The notes below the pieces were generated by a model. It made no database searches and had not been told where the DNA came from. It saw only the letters and a list, made by a program, of their open reading frames with translations. A program made the translations under genes and the position numbers. DNA of 64,000 nucleotides from the human T2T-CHM13v2.0 reference genome, Homo sapiens. The stretch lies in assembly GCF_009914755.1 (NCBI RefSeq), contig NC_060938.1, one strand, 5' to 3'. Of the stretch, positions 44,248-57,853 are shown piece after piece; the first letter of the stretch is position 1, and the number at the start of each line of letters is the position of its first letter.

Positions 44248-45947
44248 AAGTTGGGTGGCATAAATATTTGAGAAGACACATAAGCACTTGAAATTACACA
44301 GGCTTTTCATGACAGGAAAACCTAATTTCTTCAACTTCATGATTAAACAACAAAAATATTCCTTATTCACTTCAAAATGCATTCCAGACTTAAGAATCAC
44401 AATCAGAAATAAAAGCAAGGCCTTTTTCTTTCAAGTGTGGCCTACAGGGAAAATTTTCAGGAGCTACTGAATGAAGGAAGATGCACAGAGTTAATGGAAT
44501 TTTGAACAATGGAGAAGAGATGAACTTACCTACTAAAATGGGAATTTAAAATGACCCATGCTTGCAAGGCAGTGAATTTTTAAATGTACGTTTACTCATT
44601 TACTGTGTTACAAAGGAAATTTTGCTATTGCATCTTGAGTTTACTCTAGGGTAATTTTGATAAATTATCAGTGGACACTTCTATAATATTAAAAAATGAC
44701 TTTACAAAAGTAGTTTGCACAATGTGTAAAATGATAATATACCCAGTGAAGATTTAGAAGTTTTCATTATTTTTCAGACCTAAGGTGTGGCTTATGTTGA
44801 GTATGGATAATTTTACTGCCCTATTATGGGATATGTAATATGGCTTTAGATTTCAGAAGCAAGAGTAACCACTTTCAAGTTTCACTCTCATTTTGGAGAA
44901 ACAAAGAGAAAGTGTATTGAAAGTATCCTTAGGTATACAACTGCACATAATTCTAAACAATAGGAAATATACTGGGGGAAGTGGCCATGGCAGAATGAAG
45001 GAATGACATTTAGCATCATAGTAACTATTTACTTATATCACTGGTCTTGGTAAGAAGGGTCCCAGGATATTTTTGGCGAGGGAAATATTCTTAATCTCTG
45101 CCACTGACTTAAGAAGGGGTAAGCCCTAAATGGTGCATGTCTCTAGGATCAGGCAGGGCCTTTGGTGGTGTGCCTATAATTAGGAATATATCTATATTCA
45201 CATCTTTATCTAGGTTAGAAATATGACTACACAAGAGATCTTTCTTAATGCCCAGGCTACTATTTACCCAGGATACTGTTTAAATATCAAATCTTTTTTA
45301 CTTTTATAAACTTCGTTTTCAAAACTGGGAACAATTGGTGCTGCCATTTGCCCTTTGATCCCAAACTTCTCCAAATTCCTTTCAAAGTCCTAGACTCTCT
45401 TTCAATCTAAAGTGATTTCATTCTTCCAAACTTTCGGAAGAATTTTTCTAGTATTTTATAGTATTATTTTACATATCCAATTTAGAGAATATCCATTGCA
45501 AAATACAACATTTTGGAAAGTGGTGAGTTAAAAATATGTTATTTTCCTTCCATTCAGGTGTTTCTGTTTTATTCAAATTTTTATTTTGAAAATTCATCTG
45601 TCTCTAATGGATAATCAATAATTTTGTATTGACTGAACAGAATAAAAGCCATATTAGGCAAAAACCTACCAAACAAAACACTACTTTGATGCCTCTGTTT
45701 GCCATCTTCCTAGACAATGTACTAAAATGAACATACAGGGTCTACTACAATGCGTCTCTTGTGGGATTTCATACCAGTCCCAAGGTGCTCTGAGGCCATT
45801 ATTTGCACATACCGAATGAGCATCTATTTATATAGGTGGCTACAGAAACACCACTCTCCAGGCATTTGGTAAACCATATCTAATACATTTATTTTTCATA
45901 TGTTTATTCTTAAGGCTGGAGGAAGAAGTTGGCCATCAGGGTTATCT

Positions 45948-48386
<2,439 letters not shown>

Positions 48387-48729
48387 CGCTCTTTCAAAAG
48401 AAAAAAAAAGAAATCACAAATAGAAACTGGGCTTCCCTTTAGATGAGGTAGCAGGTCTTAGCTACAAGATTAGAAATGCCATGGTATTACAGCCTAAAAT
48501 ATCAAAGAAAGTGTTTTCTCTATTAGACTTAATTAATAGGGTATTACCATTTCTCAGTATTTTGTCTATTCTTAATAACTGGCAAAACATCCGGTCTCTC
48601 ACTAGTAGATTTGGGCAACAAAATGCGGCCTTTTATACACATTAGCAAGCTACAGTTATACTCAGGGACCTGTAATATAAATAAGATGTATATCTTAAAG
48701 CTATTCACTGCAAGGAGGATGATAGTACT

Positions 48730-48885
48730 AAAATGTGTCAGGATTCATTTTACCCATTGGTAAAATGAAAATAAAAATTGTATTTATCTAAAAGGGTAAT
48801 TAAGGGATCAAATTAGGTAATAGAGGTAAAATGTTTAATATGCCTTGTGCAAAGCAAGATTTCAATAGATTTTAATTATTAATAC
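48730..48885 (+). mobile_element. MIR fragment
   Basis: CATTGGTAAAATGAAAATAAAAAT...AAGGGTAATTAAGGGATCAAATTAGGTAAT core-like sequence. Confidence 0.6.
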
Positions 48886-50844
48886 GTGTTATTTCTCTTT
48901 AGCTACTAGTAGTTGAATGAAGAAAATTCAACTATATTTATGGAATAGTCATTTATGCGATACTCATTATTCTGAAGAACACCTTCTGTAATGACCCAAA
49001 ACCAGTTCAGAAAACCACAACACTTCTGAATTCAATCTGGAGGTAAGTAATAGTTTCCTTTTCATACATACCAAAAATATCAATAGTAAGAAACCATTCT
49101 TCCCAATCCTATTTTATACCAATGTACGTCTGCTAATTCCTCTGCTTAACAGAAGATCCCCTTAAGTCATTATAGCAAGTCCATCTGTGCTTCAGTTCAG
49201 CACAATAAATATCTACTGAGTGCTTAATATGTTCAAAGCATGAATAACATACAACTCTTCTCTTCAACAAATTTATGATCTGTATTAAATTTATAATATT
49301 AACATAGACATTTAGTCAAAGTAAGTCAGCAAACTTTGAACTGCCTGCCTCCATACATTACAACCAACATTTAGGTTTAGAATAAATTTACTTGTTGCTA
49401 ACCTTAACAGAAATATAGCCCTTTTTAATTCAAATACTGCTTGTCCTTATTACTATATTTACAGATGAAGGAGGCAAAACAATGAGAGTCAAGTGAGTTG
49501 CTCCATTATTAATAAAACAAAAAGTAGAATTCACTGTTTCCTTTTATATACCAAGAGCTCCAGAGACAGTAAATTGTGGACAATTTAAATTAAAAGAAAG
49601 TGTTAAAATTTGTTGGAGTAATTTTGATATGGGTATTCCATTAGTGAAGAATGCCCAGAAGCAATTTTAGTTATGTGTACTCATTGTTTTATTCTAAGAA
49701 TGGTATAGTTTGCCTCAAACAATGATTAAAAAATAGAAATAGTACCCATCAATGGATATATTTTCTTTTTGAATTTACTGACAAAAATGGTACAGATGGC
49801 ACCCCAAATAGGAGACTGGCATGGACCCGTATCTTCTCTGTGAAAATGACTAATGTATCACTACGTTTCTGCCAGAACTACATGAAGAGCCTGCCAAAAA
49901 TGATCATATCATTATCAGCTAGTGTTCCCAATTGTGCACTGTTTGTGTCATATATGGCTCCTCTGAAATGCAGAACTCCTACCTAAAGAAACCCTCCTAA
50001 CATTATAAAACATGAACTTTTGCATGCTTTAAAAATGTTTTAAGGAAACTGTATTTATTCTACAGTAAACAGACATATTTTCCTTGTGTCAGTAAAAAAA
50101 AAAAAAAAAAGCGCAAAAAAAATTGAAGATTCAAATGTCAAAGCTTATATTTGTAAACCCAAAATAAAATACAAAGAAAATTTGGTCTAGATGTCTATAT
50201 AAACCAACAAGCTTTGGTCTCTCACCTATTATAGATTTTGAACTGATAGCCATATACCAAACATCTAGCATTAGCCATTTGGTCATATGGAGTCATTGAT
50301 TTCTCTCAATTTGTGAGGCTTGAATAAAGATTCATTGAATGATGCAATGTGCCTAATTACAATATACTATATGACCTTAAAATAAAAATGAATGTCAAAT
50401 AAGAGGTTAGTTTAGTTATATATTACAAAGTATGCATTTATTTAGCTTCTCATTAGTTCCACCTTAGGCCAAAAAGTTAGCAGATTTTAAAATTTTAAAT
50501 ATATATATATATGTGTATATATATACACATATAATCAAACAACAAGGAACTGAATAGTGATATGCATACATTTATACACACACATATACACATATCCTTT
50601 TATACTACCAATTATAAAATATAACATATTTCCTACAAAACTAAATGTATTTCTCAATTATAATATATAAGGTAAAAAATATGGCCTCAGTGTAAAAAAC
50701 TTCTAAAACAGTATTACTTATAAGGCTTTACTAAGTGTCATTGCTGCAAAATTTCTTCATCCTTACTATACTTTTAAATTTGAGACTCCACCCCACTTTA
50801 TGTGAATCAAGATCTCTAGGGGTGGAGCCAGGGAGCGTGGATCA

Positions 50845-51300
50845 CTGGCCTTCAGGATGAAGGCCAAGCCCTTCAGTATAGCCTATCATTCTTTCATAAC
50901 ATAGTAATATCCTACTTTTTCAGCCTCTCTCCTAATTTCCCCACACGTGACAATATTCTAAATCGTAACTACAGTTGGCTGTGTACCACTCCTTTCATAG
51001 GTATGTGCCTTCATCCTGGCCTGCTGTACTTGGCCAACACTCTCCCTTTGACTGGAATACCCTTGCTTCCTCCCAGTCCTAACTTTCTGGTGGACTGTGA
51101 GTAACAGCTCCAAACTCAGCTGAAGGGAATTATTATGAGGAAAAGTATTCCTGAAACCCAGAGCAATGTTTTCTGATCTGCCTCTCCTCATAAAGCCATG
51201 AGCTCCTTAAAAACCATCAACTGACATCCTTATATACCCAGTGCTCAGGGCAGTCTCTTAAATATAGTACCAATTCCAGAAATATTTATTGAATTTAATT
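50845..51300 (+). mobile_element. L2 3' region
   Basis: TTCCCT/CTGGAATACCCTT tracts ending AAATATTTATTGAAT. Confidence 0.6.
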
Positions 51301-52129
51301 AAACTAAAAAGGAAGATGACCAGGTTTTCAACCTGTAGCTTAGCTAAAAAAATATTTTGTAAGTCTTTTCTCCTAAATGAATATGAAATAATGGAATTTA
51401 ATATCCAGTCAGGAGCTATCTTCTTTCCCAACTACTCATTTTCCAACACTAGTTACTACAGTCAACTTCAAATTTCAGATTCTATCCTTGATACTTGATT
51501 TTTAATCTAACCCAAAGCCCATTACGACTTCTAGACCGAGGGAAAAAACTGGTTAGGTAGATATGACAGGATCTGCTGCCTTTTTTTCTGTTCTTCATGG
51601 ATTTCCTAGTGCCTATGCAACTAGATGTTTGAATCACCATTTGTTTAGTTTTCAGAATTCTTTCTGATTCTGATCTGCTGCTTTACTTTCAAATTTGATA
51701 ATTTATTATGGGTCTCTGAGTTGTTAATAATAAGTATGGTGGCTGCTGTATTTTAGTCCCTAATACTAACATTCTGCAGTTTGCATAGTTTAACTTTTTA
51801 TCATTATTTCCTAACCTAATGCTCATAGACCGACATATCTATTTCAAAATATTCATTAAGTATTTTAGAATTATTTATAGTAAAGACATGCAAAAAAGCA
51901 AACAAAGTATTTTTGTATTGATCATAACAGAGCATGAATATTTTCTTCAGTCTTACTCATATAAAGGCAAATACAAGATCATTCAGTTAGAAAGATTTTT
52001 CACTTTAACACTATTTCTCTACCAGAAATTGAGCTGTAGGTCACCTTTATATGTAAAATATTTCGAGAAAAATGATGGTTAGATAGAAGAAAAACGTAGT
52101 TTGAAAATTAGTCTTATAGGGTGTGGGAA

Positions 52130-53646
52130 GTTTGAATAGATGAAATATAGGGAAATTTTAGGGTAAGAAAATATTCTGTATGATGCCTTCATGGGGAATA
52201 TATGAGATTGTGCATGTGTCAAAATCCATAGAACTTTATGATATGAAGAGTGAACATTAATATATGCAATTTTTTTTTATTTTAAGAAGTCATCTTTTAA
52301 ATTTAAGAAGTCAAGATTACAGGATGGAATGCAGAATGTGATCATAAATTATCTAACCACATTACAAATGTAAAACAACCTCACTTGAAGGAGGTGAGGG
52401 AAAGATGCTGACCTACGTAACTAAAAATGATGGAGTCTGAAGGCTAAAGGCAAAAGGAATTGTGCATAAATATTATACCCTAGAGTATAACATTTTTCCC
52501 ATGGGGATAACGGTTAACAATTCTGAAACCACAATAGATGTATACTGGAATTGAACAATTAAATAAATGGGTGGTGGAAGGTGGGAGCCAGATTTCTCAC
52601 TGTTGGAGTGGGAGGTTATAGACAAGCAAGAGGAGACATGAATAATTCATGCAGTCATGGCTTAGAGTTGAAGACATCAGTTCGAACTTAATATAAATTC
52701 AGATGGGAGAGAAAGAGAGAGAGAGAGAGAGAACTATGCAAAGATATATGTATATGTACACAGTTTTTTTCATTTTTACTTTATCAGCTGAAAGGGCCTA
52801 AAAACAATGAGTTTAACTAGTAGCAAGATCTTGATTTCTCCCACCATTCTCCAAAAACAAGAACCAGGGTTCCTTGGAAAAATGACAGATCCTTGGACTA
52901 GGCAGGAAATATACATAAGGCTAGAATATATTGCACTGCCAGCAAGTAAAGACATATAAAACAAGCAAACAAACAAACCTTAATGATGGGAGTATGTCAA
53001 AGGGATATAGGGGGCACTTGAAAGATTTCCCAATGGCCAAAACTTGTACAACTTGAACAAAAAAATAAAGTAAATAAAATAGTATTGGGTTATAGCACAA
53101 ATTATAAAATAAATATCCATAAGTCCATACTGATATAGATAAATTATTGAGTAAATAAATGAGAGATAATAGACAAATCTCCCATGCACAAGAGTTTTAA
53201 ATAATTTATGTAGATATTTCATTCTCAAGTAGGTGGTAGATAATTTTCCACTTCTTAAGTGTGGGCTGCTCATAGTGACTCTCTTACAAAGAATATAGAA
53301 CAAACAGGGGGGATTAAAAAAAAAAGACTGAGATGGAGTGGAGAAATCTCACCAACACTACCTCATCCAGTTGATCAAGGCCAATATCATCAACAGTGAT
53401 AAATCATGTTGATAATATGTACGCTTGCTGTAATATGATGAAAGTGTTGTTTACCTTCGTATGGTTTCCCTCCTAAAATCTCATAATCCCAGTTTAATCG
53501 TGATGAAATAATCAGACAAATTCTGTCTGAGGGATATTCTGCAAAATACCTGATGAGCACTCCTCAAATTATCAAGCTCTTAAAAAGAAAAAAGTCTGAG
53601 AAACAGTCATAGTCAAGATGAGCGTAAGGAAACATGACAACTAAAT
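52130..53646 (+). mobile_element. L1MC3-like 3' region, broken at 53646 by a rearrangement
   Basis: Matches the reverse complement of the 17560-22700 L1MC; ends GGAAACATGACAACTAAAT. Its terminal pieces appear inverted at ~53660-53710 and 54889-55028. Confidence 0.8.
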
Positions 53647-53738
53647 CTTGGAAAGGATTTACATTTTACCTAACATTTTTTTTCTTTTCCAAGATTTTCC
53701 AAGATTCTTACAAGTCAATCAAATTTGGTCAAAAAAAA

Positions 53739-54271
53739 TTTGGTCAAAATCATTCAACAAGTGTTTGGGAGGTTCCAAACATTCCCACATCTTCCTCCCT
53801 TCTTCTGAGCCTGCCTGTTACCAGTTCATAAGTCACTTCCACATTTTCAAGCATCTTTAGAGCAGTACCACCCCACTACTTTGGTACCAATTAACTGTAT
53901 TAGTCCATCCTCACACTGCTATAAAGAGTTGCCCAAGACTGAGTAATTTATAAAGAAAGAGGTTTAATTGACTCACAGTTCCTCATGTCTGAGGAGCCCT
54001 CAGGAAACTTACAATCATGATGGAAGGGGAAGAGGTACATCTTACATGGTGGCAGGCAAGAGAGAGCAAGTTTGTGAAAGATAAACTGTCAGACACTTAT
54101 AAAACCATCAGATCTTGTGAGAACTCACTTCCTGTTATGAAAAGAGCATGGAGGACACTGTCTCCATGATCCAATCACCTCCCACCAGACCTCTCCATTG
54201 ACACATGGGGATTATGAGGATTATAAGTCAAGATGAGATTGGGGTGAGGACACAAAGCCTTTACAATATCA
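53739..54271 (-). mobile_element. Inverted THE1D 5' LTR (53896-54271) plus the start of the internal region
   Basis: Complete LTR; its flank CACGC (minus, 54272-54276) matches CATGC after the 3' LTR at 57722-57726. Confidence 0.92.
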
Positions 54272-55333
54272 GCGTGCTTTATCCCTTTATAGCCACTGTA
54301 GTCTTTTACACAGCAGTATTTTAAAGTATGTGCTTGGTTTAAATGGATACCAGGTCTTATATACTGGAAATCAAAATCTTCATATGATTGAGCTAAAAGA
54401 GACCCTAGAGGGCATGAGACTAAAAACAACTGGAAACTTTTCTTTCTAATTCATAAGTCATCCTACAGTCTAACCTGATAAGAAGCTTTACTGTTCTCTA
54501 ATCACTCTATTGGGTATGTATGCTGGTAAACAATAACATCCTTTGAGATTAATTTAATGAACTGAGTTTACTAAAATAAAAAATAAAAATCTTTTGCAAT
54601 TGGATATCTTGGACTGGGAATCCTATGGTTATTTCCCAATTGCTCCTGGGGCTTCATTTCTCAATTGTGTGCATTCATATCCATCAGCTTCCACGGCACT
54701 ATGACAGTTCACACTCTTGTTGGAGTCCTAACTTGTCTAGCTAAACAAGGATTTCTAGCCAATGTTCAAATAGTAAACTTTTCCATTGAGCTCTGATCTA
54801 TTAAATTACCCCCTCCATTAGTTTTGTACTCAATAACAACACTTTCAAGCTCAATCTAGAAGTCAATTCACCTCAAGATCACTTCTTAAACTTTTATTTT
54901 ACATTTGATTTAGATTTACAGAAAAGTTTCAAAGCTAGTACAGATTGCCCATATACCCCACACCCAGTTTATTATTTGCATCTTATATTCATATGGCATT
55001 TGGCACAATTAATAAACCAATATTGATAAGATGTACTTCTTCCCCTTCCACCATGATTGTAAGTTTCCTGAGGGCTCCTCAGACATGAGGAACTGTGAGT
55101 CAATTAAACCTCTTTCTTTATAAATTACTCAGTCTTGGGCAACTCTTTATAGCAGTGTGAGGATGGACTAATACAGTTAATTGGTACCAAAGTAGTGGGG
55201 TGGTACTGCTCTAAAGATGCTTGAAAATGTGGAAGTGACTTATGAACTGGGTAACAGGCAGGCTCAGAAGAAGGGAGGAAGATGTGGGAATGTTTGGAAC
55301 TTCCCAAACACTTGTTGAATGATTTTGACCAAA
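53739..55333. repeat. ~306-bp inverted repeat (53739-54044 / 55027-55333), 982-bp spacer
   Basis: Manual comparison gives 3 substitutions and 1 single-base indel. Confidence 0.95.
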
Positions 55334-57721
55334 ATGCTGGTAATGATATGGACAATGAAGTCCAGGCTGTGGTGGTCTCTGATAGAGATGAGGAACTTAC
55401 TGAGAACTGGAGGAAAGGTTGCTCTTGCTATGCTTTAGCAAAGAGACTGGCAGTATTTTGCCCTGCCCTAGAGATCTGGGGAACTTTGAACTTAACAGAG
55501 ATGATTTAGAGTGTCTGGCAGAAGAAATTTCTAAGCAGCAAAGTATTCAAGATGTAACCTGGTTGATTTTGAAACCATTCAGTATTATACATTTACACAG
55601 AGATGGCTTAAAATTGGAAATTATGTTTAAAAGGGAAGCAGAGTGTAAAAGATTGGAAAATCTGCAGCCTGACTTTATAAGTCAGAGTTCTCTAAAGGAA
55701 CAGAACTAATTGGATAGATGAATATACAAAGGGGAGTTTACTAGGAGAACTGTCTCACATGATCACAAGATGAAGTCCAACAATAGGCCACCTGCAAGCT
55801 GAGGAGCCAGGAAGCCATTCCAATTCCCAAAACCTCAAAACTAGGGAAGCTGATAGTGCAGCCTTCAGTATGTGGTCAACAGGCCAAGAGCTGCTGACAA
55901 ACCACTGTTGTATGTCCAAGAGTCAAAAAGCTGAGGAACATGGAGTCTGATGTTTGAGGGCAGGAAGCATCCAGCACAGGAGAAAGATGGAGGTCAGAAG
56001 CCTCAGTCTGTCTACTCCTTCCAAATTCTTCTGCCTACTTTAATTCTCGTCCCACTGGCAGCTGATAAAATGTGCCAACCCAGATTGAGGGTGGGTCTGC
56101 CTCTCCTAGTCCACTGACTCAAGTGTTAATCTCCTTTAGCAATTCTCACAGACACACCCAGCGATAATACTTTGCATCCTTCAATCCAATCAAGTTGACA
56201 CGTAGTATTAACCATCACACTGACCATGTAATAGAAAAGAAAAACCCATTTTCTGGGGAGAAATTCAAGCCAGCTTCAGAAATTTGCATGAGTAATGAGG
56301 AGCACAATGTTAATAGCCAAGAAGATGAGGAAAATATCTCCAGGGCATGTCAGAGACCTTCCTGGTAGTCCCTTCCCATCACAGCCCAAGAGGCCTAGGA
56401 GGAAAAAATGATTTTGTGGAACAGGACAAGGGCCTCACTGCTGCTCTATGCAGCCTTGGGACTTGGCAGCCTCCATCTCAGCCATGGCTAAAAGGGGCCA
56501 ATGTACAGCTCAAGTCATTGCTTCAGAGGGTGCAAGCCCCAACTTTTGGTGACTTCCACATGGTGTTGGGACTCTGGGTGCACATAAGTCAAGAATTGAG
56601 GTTTGAGAACTTCCGCCTAGATTTCAGAGGAGGTATGGAATTGCCTGGATGTCCAGCCAGAAGTTTGCTGCCGTGGTGGAGCCCTCATGGAGGACCTCTG
56701 CTAGGGCAGTGCAGAAGGAAAATGTGGGGTTGGAGTCCCCACCCTGAGTCGCCACTGGGGTACTGCCTAGTGGAACTGCAAGAAGGAGGCCACCACCCTC
56801 CAGACTCCAGAATGGTAGATCCACCAACACCTTGCCCTATGCACCTGGAAAAGCCACAGACACTCAACTCTAGCCAATGAAAGAAGCCAGGGAACAGGGG
56901 ATTGAGGGGAGGCTGTACCCTGCAAAGCCACAGGATTGGAGCTTCCCAAGATTGTGGGAGCCCACCTCTTGCATCAGCATGCCCCAAATGTGAGACATGG
57001 TGTCAAAGGAAATCATTTCAGAGCTCTAAGATTTAGTTACTGCCCCGTTGGATTTCAGACTTTCATGGGACCTGTAGGCTCTTTGTTTTGGCTAATTCCT
57101 CTCATTTGCAATGGGATCGTTTATCCATTGCCTATACCCCAACTGTATCTTGAAAGCAACTAACTTGCTTTTGATTTTACAAGCTCCTAGGCAGAAGGGA
57201 CTTGTCTTGCCTGAAATGAAACTTTGGACTTGGACTTTTGAGCTACTGTTGAAATGAGTGAACCCTTTGGGGGACTGATGGTAAGGCATGATTGGTTTTG
57301 ACAAGTGAGGACATAAGATTTGGGGGGTGCCAGAAATGGAATGATATAGTTAGGCTTTGTGTCCTCACCCAAATCTCTTCTTGAATTGTAATCCCCACAA
57401 TCCCCACATGTCAAAGGGTAGACCTGGTGGGAGGTGATTAGATCATTGGAGTGGTGTCTCCCATGCTGTTCTCATGATAGTGAGTTCTCATGAGATCTGA
57501 TGGTTTTATAAGTGTCTGAAAGTTCCTCCTTCAGACATTCACTTTCTCTCACCTGCCACCATGTAAAAGGTACCTGTTCCCCTTCTGCCACTATTGAACG
57601 TTTCCTGAAACCTCCCCAGCTATTTGGAACTGTGAGTCAATTAAACCTCTTTTCTTTATAAATAACCCAGTCTTGGGCAGTTTTTTATAGCAGTGTGAGA
57701 ACAAACTAATACACTAATACA
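55027..57721 (+). mobile_element. THE1D provirus: partial 5' LTR 55027-55175, internal region, 3' LTR 57342-57713
   Basis: LTR end GGACTAATACA at 55175; THE1 internal region; TGATATAGTTAGGCT...CTAATACA 3' LTR with its last 8 bp duplicated. Confidence 0.93.
55674..56219 (-). mobile_element. MLT2A2-like HERV-L solo LTR nested in the THE1D internal region
   Basis: ...TTCAATCCAATCAAGTTGACAC..ATTAACCATCACA end; perfect TSD CTGAC at 55669-55673 and 56220-56224. Confidence 0.92.
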
Positions 57722-57853
57722 CATGCCCTTTCAAATATCATACTAGAGTGTTACCAGTAGAATCTTCCAACTCAGCTTCAGTCATGAAGTTCTTTGAGTA
57801 TTAGGCGATTTATTTATTTTATTGCTGGGCATATAGCTTAGATGTATTATATC

